Shown piece by piece: positions 40,947 through 52,241 of a stretch of DNA of 64,000 nt. Location: the NCBI GenBank assembly GCA_021513715.1, contig CP084167.1, forward strand, positions 352,001 to 416,000, read 5' to 3'. Origin of the DNA: Candidatus Heimdallarchaeum endolithica (GTDB lineage: Archaea > Asgardarchaeota > Heimdallarchaeia > Heimdallarchaeales > Heimdallarchaeaceae). Under the pieces are notes generated by a model. The model was not told where the DNA came from. It worked only from the letters and a program-made list of their open reading frames with translations, and did no database searches. Numbering within the stretch: the stretch's first letter is position 1; each line of letters begins with the position of its first letter. The translations under genes were made by a program, and so were the position numbers.

Positions 40947-42950
40947 ATGGATAGTAGATTAATACAGATTAAAGATTTTTACAAAATAAAAAAGATTAAC
41001 AAAGTTCTTTTTACTTCTAGTAATAGAATTATTTTTGAAGAACAAAAGGTTTTAAAAGAAAAAAATGATTATTCTAGTGCCTTTTTTCTTATAAATGACA
41101 AAAATAAAGTTCAGCAATTCTCTCTAGGCTTGGATAAAGATTACTCTATGAAATTTAACTCCTCTAAGAGTGAAATGGCCTTTCTATCTATTAGAGGAGA
41201 AAAAAAGGTAAAACCTCAAATTTTTCTTATTCGTATGGATGGAGGAGAAGCTGTAAAACTTACATCAGCTCCAAATGGTGTACAACATTTTAACTGGTCA
41301 CTAGATAATAAAAAAATCGTTTATCTTCACAGGATTAACAAAGAAGAGGAAGAAGAGGAAAATAAGAAAGAAGCGAAAAAAGAAGAAAGTGATGAAATCG
41401 AGGAGAAAGTAATCAAGTTAATAAAAGAGGAAAAAGAAAAAAATAAAGTTGATCCACGCATTATTAAAAAGATCGTTTATAGAAAAGGAACAAATTATTT
41501 AGATGATAGATACTCACACATTTATATTTTAGATTTAGATACAAAAAAAATAAAACGTATAACTTCTGGAGATTTTGACTACTTTTCTCCAGTATTAGTA
41601 AATAATGTTATTTATGCAGTAAAATATAAAACACAAAATAATCTTAATGATTCTACAACTTTTTCTATTGTTAAAATAGACTTAGAAAGCAAAAAAGAAG
41701 TAGAAATTAAAGAAATTTATGGGTGGTCTGTAAATCTAGCTCTAAGTGAAGATTTGAAATGGTTAGTTTATAATTGCTCTCTTGAAAGAGAAGGTATTTC
41801 TAGACAAAATATAGATTTAAAAGCAATAAATTTACAAACTAATGAAGAAATTTGGATAACAGAGAAAATAGATAATCATGCTTTTAATTTCAAGCTTATA
41901 GGAAGTTATGTTTACTTTATTTCTGATTCTTGGGAAATTAATGAACTTTGGAAATACGATTTAGAAACTAAGAAAATAGAGAAAGTTCTAACAGACAAAT
42001 TCATGATTTATGATTATGATGTAGATCAAGAAAACGAGAGAATAGTAGTAAATGTATCAAAAAAAGAAGAGATCTCTTCATTAATAGTTTATGATATATG
42101 TAAAAAAGAGCAGGAAACGATTTATAACTCCAATGAAGATTGGTTAAAAGATAAAAAAATTGCTAAACATGAGGAGCTTAGATATAAAGGATATAACGAT
42201 AAAGAGGTTCAAGGATGGATAATTAAACCTCCCAATTTTGATGAAAGCAAGAAATATCCTATAATTTTAGAAATACACGGGGGACCTTCAGCTACATGGT
42301 CACCATTCGAAAGAACTATGTGGCACGAATTTCAGTCCTTTGCAGCAATGGGTTATGTGATTTTTTATTGTAATCCTAGGGGGAGTAGTGGAAGAGGTTT
42401 AGAATATAGAAACGTAAAAGGTAATTGGGGCGAAGAACCTTCAACAGATATTCTTAACGGGTTCAATTTAGTTTTAGAAAAAAGCTATGTAGATAAAGAT
42501 AATGCATTTATTACAGGAGGAAGCTATGGTGGATATATGACTATTTGGATAATAGGACATGATGAAAGATTTAAAGCAGCTGTTCCTCAGAGAGGAGTTT
42601 ATAACCTAGTAAGCTTCTGGAGCACAACAGATATTACACAATTCACAAAAGAACAAATGGGTTATTATCCATGGGAAAATCTAGATCTGCTTTGGAAACA
42701 ATCTCCTATTGCATATGTAGATAGAATAAAGACTCCAACAAGAATAATCCATTCTGAGAAAGATTTTAGAGTACCTATTTCTCAAGGAGAGGAACTTTTT
42801 GCTTCCTTAGTTAAATTAGGAGTAGAAACAGATTTAATTCGCTATCCAAAAGAAGGGCATGAACTTTCTCGTTCAGGGTTACCAAAACATGTTGAGGATA
42901 GGTTGAACAGAATAATTGTATGGTTTGAAAAACATAAAAACAAAAAATAG
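40947..42950 (+). CDS. S9 family (acylaminoacyl/dipeptidyl) peptidase
   Basis: Beta-propeller, IHGGP, GGSYGG, D.RV, EGHE. Confidence 0.92.
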   Translation: MDSRLIQIKDFYKIKKINKVLFTSSNRIIFEEQKVLKEKNDYSSAFFLINDKNKVQQFSLGLDKDYSMKFNSSKSEMAFLSIRGEKKVKPQIFLIRMDGGEAVKLTSAPNGVQHFNWSLDNKKIVYLHRINKEEEEEENKKEAKKEESDEIEEKVIKLIKEEKEKNKVDPRIIKKIVYRKGTNYLDDRYSHIYILDLDTKKIKRITSGDFDYFSPVLVNNVIYAVKYKTQNNLNDSTTFSIVKIDLESKKEVEIKEIYGWSVNLALSEDLKWLVYNCSLEREGISRQNIDLKAINLQTNEEIWITEKIDNHAFNFKLIGSYVYFISDSWEINELWKYDLETKKIEKVLTDKFMIYDYDVDQENERIVVNVSKKEEISSLIVYDICKKEQETIYNSNEDWLKDKKIAKHEELRYKGYNDKEVQGWIIKPPNFDESKKYPIILEIHGGPSATWSPFERTMWHEFQSFAAMGYVIFYCNPRGSSGRGLEYRNVKGNWGEEPSTDILNGFNLVLEKSYVDKDNAFITGGSYGGYMTIWIIGHDERFKAAVPQRGVYNLVSFWSTTDITQFTKEQMGYYPWENLDLLWKQSPIAYVDRIKTPTRIIHSEKDFRVPISQGEELFASLVKLGVETDLIRYPKEGHELSRSGLPKHVEDRLNRIIVWFEKHKNKK

Positions 42951-42985
42951 TAATTTCTTTTTTTAAAAAAATAGATAAAGAAAAA

Positions 42986-45900
42986 TTAGTTTCTTTTTCT
43001 TTTCCTTAACAATACAATTGGAATAAGCAATGTAAGAGCTGAAATGTACAACAAGTCCATAGAACCTATTCTTCTAGTTTTATCTTGACCGCCTGTATAA
43101 ATATCAGCACCAGCACTTGATCCTGTAGCAGTAGAAGATCCATAGTCTTGCCAATTACTTGATTCTGCTTCTTGAGAAGAACCATCTAAGGCTTGGAAAA
43201 CTTGTATTGAATCTATTCCTCCTTCTCCTTCTCCTTCTAGTTCGTTTTCAAATCTGCTATCATAAATGATTTCAGCTGCAGGAATGTAACAACCATCAGA
43301 GGTTAGGAATTGCCAATGCATTGTTATTGTTACAGAATCACCAGGATAAAGTGTTATTCCTTCAACTCTAATATAACCCATACCCAAGTAAGTTCCATTA
43401 GAAATACTTCCTTTTGTTGTGGCTTTAGATTGTAATGAAAGCTCTGTTTGGTTATAAAATTGTGTGATAGTTATATGTGTTTCAGCATCTCCTACATTCG
43501 TGATTGAAAGAGTTATTTCTATTTCCCAAGGTCCATCTTCTGGAATAATGATATCTACATTTGTTTCAATATCTAAAACTGGTTGTGGGAAGGCAGGTCT
43601 TCTCTCATTGGTCCTTGGAACTAATAGAGCCCAATCCATGTTAGATAAAACCCATTCATGTGTTTGTGCAGCTCCTTCAAATTCTTCTGTTATATTAGGC
43701 TCCCAGAAATTATAAACTGGAAGAGCTTCTTGTCCATAATCACTGTCAAATTCTACAACAGCATAAACAGGATGTATGCCTAAGAAAGTGTTTGCATCTA
43801 CTTGTACTTCAAAATTGTACTGTGTTCCATTTTCAATTGTTCCTATTTCTTCATAATAGAACAAATCTTGGTCCTCTATTTGCCAATCATTACCCATTCT
43901 ACCATGAAATAGATAAAGTTTAACATTTTCAGCATTAATATTTCCAGTATTCTTAATATAACCAGTTATAGTCACTGGGTCTCCAACTTTGTAACTTGTT
44001 TGATTCAATTCTACGTGAGTATTAAGAACAGCTTCATCATCTGCAAGCTGGAAGTTTATTCCGTTACTAAAACCGTAATACTCAAATCCTTCAGGATCCT
44101 TGTATCTGAACCTAGCTCCTACTGATAACCAAGCATCAGCTTCTTCATCATAGTAACTGATAGGGCGACCATAGGCAAGTTGTCCTGCATCATCAGCAAA
44201 ACCAAGTATCATTTGCATCATCTCTAAATAATTATGCTTTCTTGTAATTAGTTTTACTGCATCAGAACCTTCTATTTCTTCTCCTCTCATAACTCCAAAT
44301 TCCATACTTTGAGAGGTGACATTTTCAAGAGCCCAACTTAAGTGAGCAGTTTCATCAGGAGCTAAACTTGGAATAACTGCTTCAAGGAAATACTCAGTAT
44401 GTTCATCAACTTAATTTTTGTACAATATTTTTGTACGCCAATCTTGCTCTCGGAAAGATCTGTCTAGGAGGGAGATCTAAACACTCATTGAGCCAGAGGA
44501 GAAGGTTGAGCACTCCTCCACCGTGGAAACTGGATGAATAAATCCTCTCACACGGGAAAGTTAAGTCGTATTCAACTTTTCTTTGATTTCTTTCTTTATG
44601 CGCATGTTTTTTTTTATCTTGACACGCCGTGCCAGCTTAGAGAGTAAGTATTTTTCTTAACATCTATCTTTTTTTTTCACTCTTTACATTAATAATGTCT
44701 TTTCACTATTTAAACACCAATTTTTTAATTTGACAAAAATGTACAAAAAAGCTCTTCATGACCTAAAGATCCTACTGTTCTTTCGATATATTCGAAATCT
44801 TGTAAATTAGGATCGAAAAGTGTTTGTTCCTCATAAAGTGTAGCTTGTATTGCTGCTACAGAATAAGCAATACCATTCCATAGCGCTTCTCCATAATCTG
44901 TTATTAGTCCATCCATATCTCCATTCATAATGTATGTTGTTAAATCGATCTGACTCAAGTAATATCCTACAAGAAAGGTTAATATCGTATTTAGACCAGT
45001 TTCAGATTTTAGAGTAGCATTTACAGTTATTGAACCATTTCCAGGAATTTCTAAACCAGTTGTATCAAATTCTTTATAATCATAATTAACTATTTGTTCT
45101 GTTGCACTTTCGTTCCAGAAAGATAATTGACTATCAGTAATATTTCTGTACCATCCATCAAAAACCAAAACAGTTACATTAACATAAAAGTCTTCTACAA
45201 AACCTTCTAAAGAACCACCAAAGTTAATTAATAATGTTGCATTGGTTTCACTGTAAAATTCTTCGTCAATTGTTACATCATCTCTTAATTTGTAGATTAC
45301 AGGACTGTTCTCAATCATATCAATAAAGTCAGGTCCTAATGGATAACTTATTGTTATATTTTCTGCTGTTTCAGTTCCTGAATTAGTTACTTCATAATCC
45401 ATCTGGAGAATTCCATTTTCATTTAATAATTGTTGATCATAATCCATATTTACGCTTACTCTTGGTGAAGAAGCAAGTTCAGCTTGGTTCATAGTGTAAA
45501 CTACTTCAAAATTACCAGTTAAATCACGAACTTTCCAAGGTACTTGCATTATCCAGTCCATTTTTCCTGAAATCTGTGGAGCAACGTTATTAGGTGTTGG
45601 CTCAATAGATAAAGCGTTAATCAAATATGGAAATCTGAATTTAAGAATACTATATTTTACAACACCTAACTTGTTATAGACTTCTAAATCTGAACCGAAT
45701 AAGTTATTAGTTGAAAGTGTATATTCACCATCTACTTCAACAATAGCGTCAGGGTCAACATAGTAAATACCCCTGAAGTAAGTTGAAGAACGAAAATCTT
45801 CTCCTATAAAAACTGCTTTAACTGGAGATTCAGAAACAGCAGTTGTCTCAATAGCTGCAGCAAAACCACTTGTAATGTCCCCCTTAATCTCATCTGTAAG

Positions 45901-46412
45901 TAATTCAATTTGTTCATTAGTTGAACCGCTTGAAAAAACATACAGATAGTTACTCTTTTCTGTTGAAGCTGCACCTGCCCAATGTAATTCTAAATTATAG
46001 TGATCATCAAAAAGTTGTGCAATTCTCAAAGATTGATTAAGACTTCCATCTGTTCCTAAAGAACCATCGATTTCAAGTAAAAGTGTAGCATTATCAGGAG
46101 CTTTGAAAGGTCTTCGTAATAGGTAATCAGCATAAGCTGCTTGGTCGCTTACAATAAAAGCCCAGCTGAGAACATCATCAAATTCGCTAGCTAGAACTTT
46201 TAATGGACTTGAACCTCCAAAAAGATTCAACTTAACAAGAGCAGAACTTTCGATACCAGCTATTATTTTCATTTCTTCAACAAATAGCTCACCTTCTTCT
46301 CCTGTACTTCCAATTGCTGAAGAGGAATATACAAGAGCTTGAGTTGTTGAACTGCTCAAAACTAAAAACATTATTGGTAAAACTACCAAAAAAATGTTGT
46401 TGATTTTTTCAT
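42986..46412 (-). pseudogene. Large acidic cell-surface (S-layer-like, CARDB-type) protein interrupted by a 353-bp element
   Basis: GGAGG plus ATG at 46412, one base short in an A7 run at 46388-46394; removing 44407-44759 joins VGSLGH-EHTEYF in frame with 42986-44305; TM plus RKRKRN tail. Confidence 0.75.
44405..44759. mobile_element. MITE-like non-coding element with paired inverted TTTTTGTAC end motifs and structured GC-rich core
   Basis: TTCAT at both junctions (44402-44406, 44755-44759); T5G motif 8 nt from the AT at each end; several internal stems. Confidence 0.8.
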
Positions 46413-46685
46413 TTTTTATAGATCCTCCAAAATTATCTAAGAACTTTAACTTCCTTATGTTTTAAGGATTATTTTAGTCCTAGCTAGAAAATTTATTATT
46501 CAAAAAAATTAGAACTAGTAGAGACACTGCTTACAGGCTTGATTGCTTGAGATTTCAAATTGCCTTACTTTAACAAATGTTAAGAATTGAATTTATAGTC
46601 CCTTTTTCTTAAAGTTTTGTATATTTTCATTTTTTTGAAGATAAATTTTATAAAAGAGTAATAAAAGCATTTATTTCACTTTGCG

Positions 46686-47915
46686 GTGAATAATATGAAT
46701 AAAAAAACACTTGTTTTTAATATAATGTTGCTAATTATACTGTCATCAACTTTAGCATCAATAGATTCTGTTGCACAGATAGAAGATGTGAAAGAGGATG
46801 TAGTACTGGATTCAATCCAAGAAACAAATAATAACCAGATAGAAATAACTTTCTCTGAAGATGGAACAAATAACCTTAACTATAACGGATTAGTTCCTGG
46901 AGATATCATTTTGCTTGGAACTGAAGGTACATTCTTTGATTATTTGATTCCAGGAGAGTTCAGTCACACAGAAATATTTTGTGGGTTTGTTCAACCTGGA
47001 GAGTATATTTGGGACAGAGATAATCATAAATGGATGGCTCCAGGAACTCCTTATGTTATTCATTCAACTAAAAGTGATAACGCAGGAAATGGTTTAGGAT
47101 ACTCTACTTGGTCTGAAGGAGTAAACGAGCATGCTGAGAATGCAGTAGCTATTAGAGTAAACGGATTAACTGATAATCAAAGACAACAAGCTGTTAATTG
47201 GATGAAAAGTTTTGCAGGAGATGGAACTAATCCTGAAGCTTATCCTTATGATTGGGGTTGGACTTCTAAGCAGATATATGGAACAAACAGTTTATCAGGA
47301 ATAAATGGATGGTACTGTTCTGAACTTGCTTGGGCAGCTTATAAAGACCTTTTTGGAATAGATCTTGATCCTGATGGTGATTCTTGGAGTTGGACTACAG
47401 CCTACGGAGTTAGCCCAAGTGACTTATATGAAGATAGTGACACTCAAGTAGTTGAAACTGATGATTGGTCTCCTGATGATTGTTATTACGTTAAAATAAA
47501 CTTAGTTGGAATTTATTACGAAGACGATTATGATCCATGGCCAAAAGGTGCAGGAGAAGAATATGTTAAATGGTTTGTAGGAGATGGATGGGGAGGAAGT
47601 GGTTATGTTGTTAATAACTTCTATGGGACTGTAAAAAGAGATGGAAGTGGGTATATTTATTGGAAGATAAACCTTGCAAATGTACTTATACCAAAAAGTC
47701 ATCCACTAAAGATACGTGTAGAAGCTTGGGAAGATGATGGTTGGCCTGACTCTGATGACCAATACCCTGTTTTCAACTGGTGGTCTGACTACATGCTAGA
47801 CTTTGCTAACACTGGTTGGTGGTGGTGGAATTACGTTGATTTAGGTGATGCTCGTTATTGTATAGAATTTTGTATAAGCGCATCTCCAATTGGTACGAGT
47901 CCTAATGGTGTTTAG
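46686..47915 (+). CDS. Secreted permuted papain-like NlpC/P60 (YiiX/YebB-like) hydrolase with acidic C2-like C-terminal domain
   Basis: PGDII, FSHTEI (His), YCSELAW (Cys after His); C-terminal DPW..G..E.YVK and VEAWEDD...SDD. Confidence 0.72.
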   Translation: MNNMNKKTLVFNIMLLIILSSTLASIDSVAQIEDVKEDVVLDSIQETNNNQIEITFSEDGTNNLNYNGLVPGDIILLGTEGTFFDYLIPGEFSHTEIFCGFVQPGEYIWDRDNHKWMAPGTPYVIHSTKSDNAGNGLGYSTWSEGVNEHAENAVAIRVNGLTDNQRQQAVNWMKSFAGDGTNPEAYPYDWGWTSKQIYGTNSLSGINGWYCSELAWAAYKDLFGIDLDPDGDSWSWTTAYGVSPSDLYEDSDTQVVETDDWSPDDCYYVKINLVGIYYEDDYDPWPKGAGEEYVKWFVGDGWGGSGYVVNNFYGTVKRDGSGYIYWKINLANVLIPKSHPLKIRVEAWEDDGWPDSDDQYPVFNWWSDYMLDFANTGWWWWNYVDLGDARYCIEFCISASPIGTSPNGV

Positions 47916-47997
47916 AAAACAAATTTCCTTAAATTTGATTTTCTTTTTTTCTTTTTTTTTGATAAAGTTTAATAAATAGCATAATATTGCAAAATTG

Positions 47998-49479
47998 ATG
48001 CTTTCTGAAGAAAAAATAGAAAATGAACAAGAAAATAACTTTGATAAAACAGATTTAGAAAAATTAGAATTTGACACTTCTCAAAAAAATGAAGATGATT
48101 CAGATGCTGTAAAACTTAAAGTAAAACGAATAATCTCAATAGATGCTTTACGAGGAGGAGCAGTTGTAGGAATGATTCTTGTTCATTCTCTAATGTGTAT
48201 CTATGATTATACTTGGATTTCAAAGAATCCAGTAGTAATAAGTTCTTTACCTTTATGGTTGATTGTAATAATTGCAATTGTGGGCTATTTAGGAATGTGG
48301 ATCTCATTCTTTATCTTTTTATCCAGTATAGTTAATTCCTACAATATGACAATAAAAACCACTAAAACTAAAAAACCTTGGAAACAGTTAAAAAATCAGC
48401 TTTTTGCTGGTTTTACTATACTATTTGTTTCTTATTTAAGAGAAGCATGTATAGGTTATTATGGTATTTTTGGCCATATTATTAGAAACGGAAAAGTAGC
48501 TAGTTTTTCCATTCTGGTTAATGCTCTCTACGTTATGAAACCTTTGAGTGCTATTGGGTGGTCAATTATTATTGGAAGTTTAATTCATGCCATTTTATTA
48601 ATGAATGACGGATATAAAAAGAGATATCGAAATTTAATTTTTTATTTATTGTTGTTTATTATTGCTATCTCTATTACTCCATCTATTTATAACTGGGGTG
48701 TTAAAGTAGCATCTACTGAAAAGATTAATTTTGGTTATATTTTGGCCAGTTTTATCAGTGGAACTGTTGGAGGAGATACAGATCCCTTGTTACCCTATTT
48801 AGGAACAGTTTTTGTAGGTAACTCAATTGGAATGTTTCTTGCACAAAAAGAACCTCCCAAGAGACTTCCTTTAATCGGAAGTTTATTTGCATTTTTCTTA
48901 GCTATTGTCTCTATAATCATGATATTATTTGGTATAGCAGTTAATTTTCCAAATACTATATTTAGAAAACCTCCTGAAGTCCCCATATATTTGTTTCTTC
49001 TTTCAGGTCAAATAGGATTAACTATGCTGTTGTTGCGTTTAGTAGAATATAAGGGTAAAATGGTAAAATTTGGGAATAACTGGATTATAAAAAAATTTAG
49101 ACTATGGTCAATGGTTTCATTAACACTTTTTGTGCTAGACCTCTATGAATTTGTTCCTAGAGCATTTTTAACATTGATATTAATACCTTTTAAAATAGAT
49201 CTGTTGAATGATAATATATTTACAGGAATAACTGGTTTTTATTACGCTATTTCTGTTGCAGTATTTAATGTATTATGGTTCCATTTTACATTAAAATTAT
49301 GGTCTAGGTACAACTTTTTAGGAAGCTTTGAATGGATGATAATAAAGTTACAAAAATTCTTCCTTAAAAAGAGAACAACAAAATTAAATGTTTCATTCAT
49401 CTTTTCAAACAAAGAGTGGTATGGAGAAAATAAAACTGAAAAAAAACATCCAGCAAACTTTGTCGTACAATTAGATTAG
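47998..49479 (+). CDS. DUF1624/HGSNAT-like membrane protein
   Basis: RIISIDALRG.A..GMILVH N-terminal motif, PL.PY, G.FEW; multi-TM. Confidence 0.75.
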   Translation: MLSEEKIENEQENNFDKTDLEKLEFDTSQKNEDDSDAVKLKVKRIISIDALRGGAVVGMILVHSLMCIYDYTWISKNPVVISSLPLWLIVIIAIVGYLGMWISFFIFLSSIVNSYNMTIKTTKTKKPWKQLKNQLFAGFTILFVSYLREACIGYYGIFGHIIRNGKVASFSILVNALYVMKPLSAIGWSIIIGSLIHAILLMNDGYKKRYRNLIFYLLLFIIAISITPSIYNWGVKVASTEKINFGYILASFISGTVGGDTDPLLPYLGTVFVGNSIGMFLAQKEPPKRLPLIGSLFAFFLAIVSIIMILFGIAVNFPNTIFRKPPEVPIYLFLLSGQIGLTMLLLRLVEYKGKMVKFGNNWIIKKFRLWSMVSLTLFVLDLYEFVPRAFLTLILIPFKIDLLNDNIFTGITGFYYAISVAVFNVLWFHFTLKLWSRYNFLGSFEWMIIKLQKFFLKKRTTKLNVSFIFSNKEWYGENKTEKKHPANFVVQLD

Positions 49480-49754
49480 AATTATTTAAAAATTTAAAAA
49501 TAAGACAACAAGTGAAAACAGTATAATATTAATGTACTTTTTTTATAAAAGTGCGAGAAAAATTTTTTTAAAAAAATTTTCCTGTTATTATACAATTCCC
49601 CTTTTGGAAGTGAAAATTTGAAAAATAGAATATTAAGTTTAATTTTTTATCTATTATTATAACTAATTTTTTAATAGTAATAGACATTATCCCAAAGCAA
49701 ATAGAAAGGAATAGTTTTAAGATAAATAACAAAAACCAAAAAATCCTTTATTCC

Positions 49755-50453
49755 TATTTACTAACCATAATCCTATAATCATTCACTCTGATAGTGACTT
49801 TAGTTCCTTTTCAAGCTCTGGAACAAAAAGTGATCATATATCATAGAAAATTATAACATTACCACAACAGAGAACTATAGAATTAGTCTATCTTATTCTG
49901 ACTTCGGTATTATTAAAAGAAACATATGTAATTGTATTACATTCGGTATTTATGTAAAGCATTTTCCTAGTAGCATTTTCCTAGTACTAGTATAGAAGAT
50001 AATACATGTATAGATAACAGTTCTGTTGGGATGTTAATTTATAGTAACTTTATTACTCTTAACAACAATACTTGTAAATTATCAAGCTCTGGTTTAACCA
50101 ATTTAGAAGAGTATACTAACGAGACTGACTCTAATGATGATGATACTGATTCTGATGGTATGCCTAATGGTTGAGAAGTAGATAATAGTCTTAACCTCCT
50201 AACAAATGATGCTGTTGAAGATGCAAATGGAGAAAGATTCACTAATTTAGAAGAGTATCAAGTCGGTACTGACCCCAATATTGCTGATACTGGTGTAGAC
50301 GGCTATTCTGATTATGTTGAAGTAACTAGCGGTCCAGATCCACTTGATTCAGAATCTTATCCTGGTACTCGAATGTCAACAGGGGCAATAATTGGTTTGT
50401 CAATAGGTCTTGGAGTCTTAGTTTTAACAAGTTTTAACCTTCTTTATTTTTAA
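49755..50453 (+). pseudogene. Internally deleted remnant of a beta-helix/DxDxDG surface protein
   Basis: HNPIIIHSDSDF N-terminal motif, then GLTNLEEYTN..DTDSDGMPNG*EVDN and a TM tail; similar to 10557-13673. Confidence 0.75.
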
Positions 50454-50552
50454 AAGATTTATTTCAAAAGGTTAGACTTTTCTTTTCTTTTTTTTATTAT
50501 TTTTCTCAATTTTTGATTAAATAAAATACACAGAGTATAGAAAAATTACTTT

Positions 50553-50975
50553 TTATAAAATTAAGTTTAGAATATCTAAAAAGAGTTCCTTTGAGAATTT
50601 TTTGTTAACTGTTGAAAAAGCAAAAACCCATTTTCCTGATTTTTCCAATCTAATTATCCTTGATTCTGAAAGGATTTTAAGATGATGTGATACAGTTGAT
50701 TGTGAAAGTTCTAAAATATATTCTATTTCACAAGAACATCTGATACCTGATAAAATAAGTTGAAGTATTGCTAGCCTAGTTTTGCTTCCTAAAGCCTTGA
50801 ATACTTTCTCATATTCTAAGACAATTCTTTCATTGACAAATGTACATATCATATCTTTTAATTGTTTCAATTTTTTTATTCTATCATCTTCTGTTTCTGA
50901 TATGATGCCAATCTCCAATAATTCACTTAATTTGCTCTTAAGTTCAGAATCTACTGTTTTAAAATTGTTTTCCAT
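50553..50975 (-). CDS. arsR: ArsR/SmtB family regulator
   Basis: FKALG..TRL.IL, CSCE, LSQSTVSHHL; divergent from ACR3. Confidence 0.88.
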   Translation of the reverse strand: MENNFKTVDSELKSKLSELLEIGIISETEDDRIKKLKQLKDMICTFVNERIVLEYEKVFKALGSKTRLAILQLILSGIRCSCEIEYILELSQSTVSHHLKILSESRIIRLEKSGKWVFAFSTVNKKFSKELFLDILNLIL

Positions 50976-51137
50976 TATTTTCCCTTTTATTTCTACTATA
51001 AATATCTCTGTATTCTTAAATATATATTTTTTTAATTGCTTACTCTAATTTTATAGTTATGCTCTACTTCTGCTGTTGTCTATTTTATTTATAGATTACG
51101 TTAAAATATATTTAAATATATCAATATATGTTTTCTT

Positions 51138-52175
51138 ATGAATGAAAAAAAACTAACGATATTAGATAAATATTTACCTATTTGGATAGGTTTAACTATG
51201 ATTTTTGGAGTATTATTAGGTAAATTTTTCACTAAAGTTGCAGAAATAATAGACAGTGTTAAAATAGATACAATATCTGTACCAATTGCTATAGGACTAT
51301 TGTGGATGATGTATCCTGTGTTAGCTAAAGTAAATTATGAAAAAATCCCTCAAATGACAAGAGATTGGAAAGTATTTACTTATTCAATAATTCTTAATTG
51401 GGCAATAGGACCTTTTCTAATGTATGGACTAGCAAAATTATTATTGTCTAATTATCCGGAATATCAAATTGGTCTAGTTATTATTGGAATTGCTCGTTGT
51501 ATTGCAATGGTTCTTATATGGAACTTACTTGCAGAAGGAGATAACGAAAAAGCAGCAATACTAGTTGCAATAAATTCTGTTATGCAGATTTTCTTATATT
51601 CAGTATATGCTTATTTTCTTATTGGAACGCATATAAATATAACAATGTAGAATATAGCTAAAAATGTTTTAATTTATTTAGGAATTCCACTATTAGCAGG
51701 TTTCTTAACTAGATTTATTCTCATTCGAGTAAAAGATCAAGAGTGGTATGAGAATAAGTTTATCTCTAAATTGTCTCCAACAGCTATGATTGGACTATTG
51801 TTTACAATTGTTGTTATGTTTGCTATGCAAGGAGAAACTATAGTTGATAATCCTTTAGACATTCTAATTATAGCTATTGCTTTAACTCTATACTTTCTAA
51901 TTATGTTTTTAGCGAGTATATTTTCCTCTAAACTCTTAGGTTTCAAATATAAAGATAGTGTAACGATTTCTTTTACTGCTGCAAGTAATAATTTTGAATT
52001 AGCTATTGCTGTTGCAGTAGGTTTGTTTACTATCTCTTCTAAACAAGCTTTGGCAACCACTGTTGGACCTTTAATTGAAGTTCCTGTTTTATTGTCTCTA
52101 GTTTATTTTGCTAAGTGGTCTAAAAATTGGTTGTTCAACGAAAAAGATTCATCAATAAATGAAAAAACAGGATAA
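51138..52175 (+). pseudogene. acr3: ACR3 arsenite efflux transporter interrupted by a single in-frame TAG (51648-51650)
   Basis: MMYP.L.KV, NW.IGP, ARCIAMV, SNNFELAIAVA, VGPLIEVP; frame continues through the TAG. Confidence 0.88.
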
Positions 52176-52241
52176 CTAATTTTTTCCTTTTTCTTTCTTT
52201 AAAAGAAAACCTATTTATAGAACATAAAATTTACTTATTTT

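Noticed and set aside
44400-44762. Bulge-helix-bulge intron interpretation of the 353-bp insert
   Set aside because: On the mRNA strand the ends can form 3-nt bulges around a 4-bp helix, but the bulges lie 5' of the helix (wrong polarity); on the other strand the helix has an A-C mismatch.
16119-51650. Genome-wide stop-codon reassignment suggested by several in-frame stops
   Set aside because: The stops are of all three types, mostly in genes with other lesions, and TAG/TGA/TAA all terminate intact genes here.
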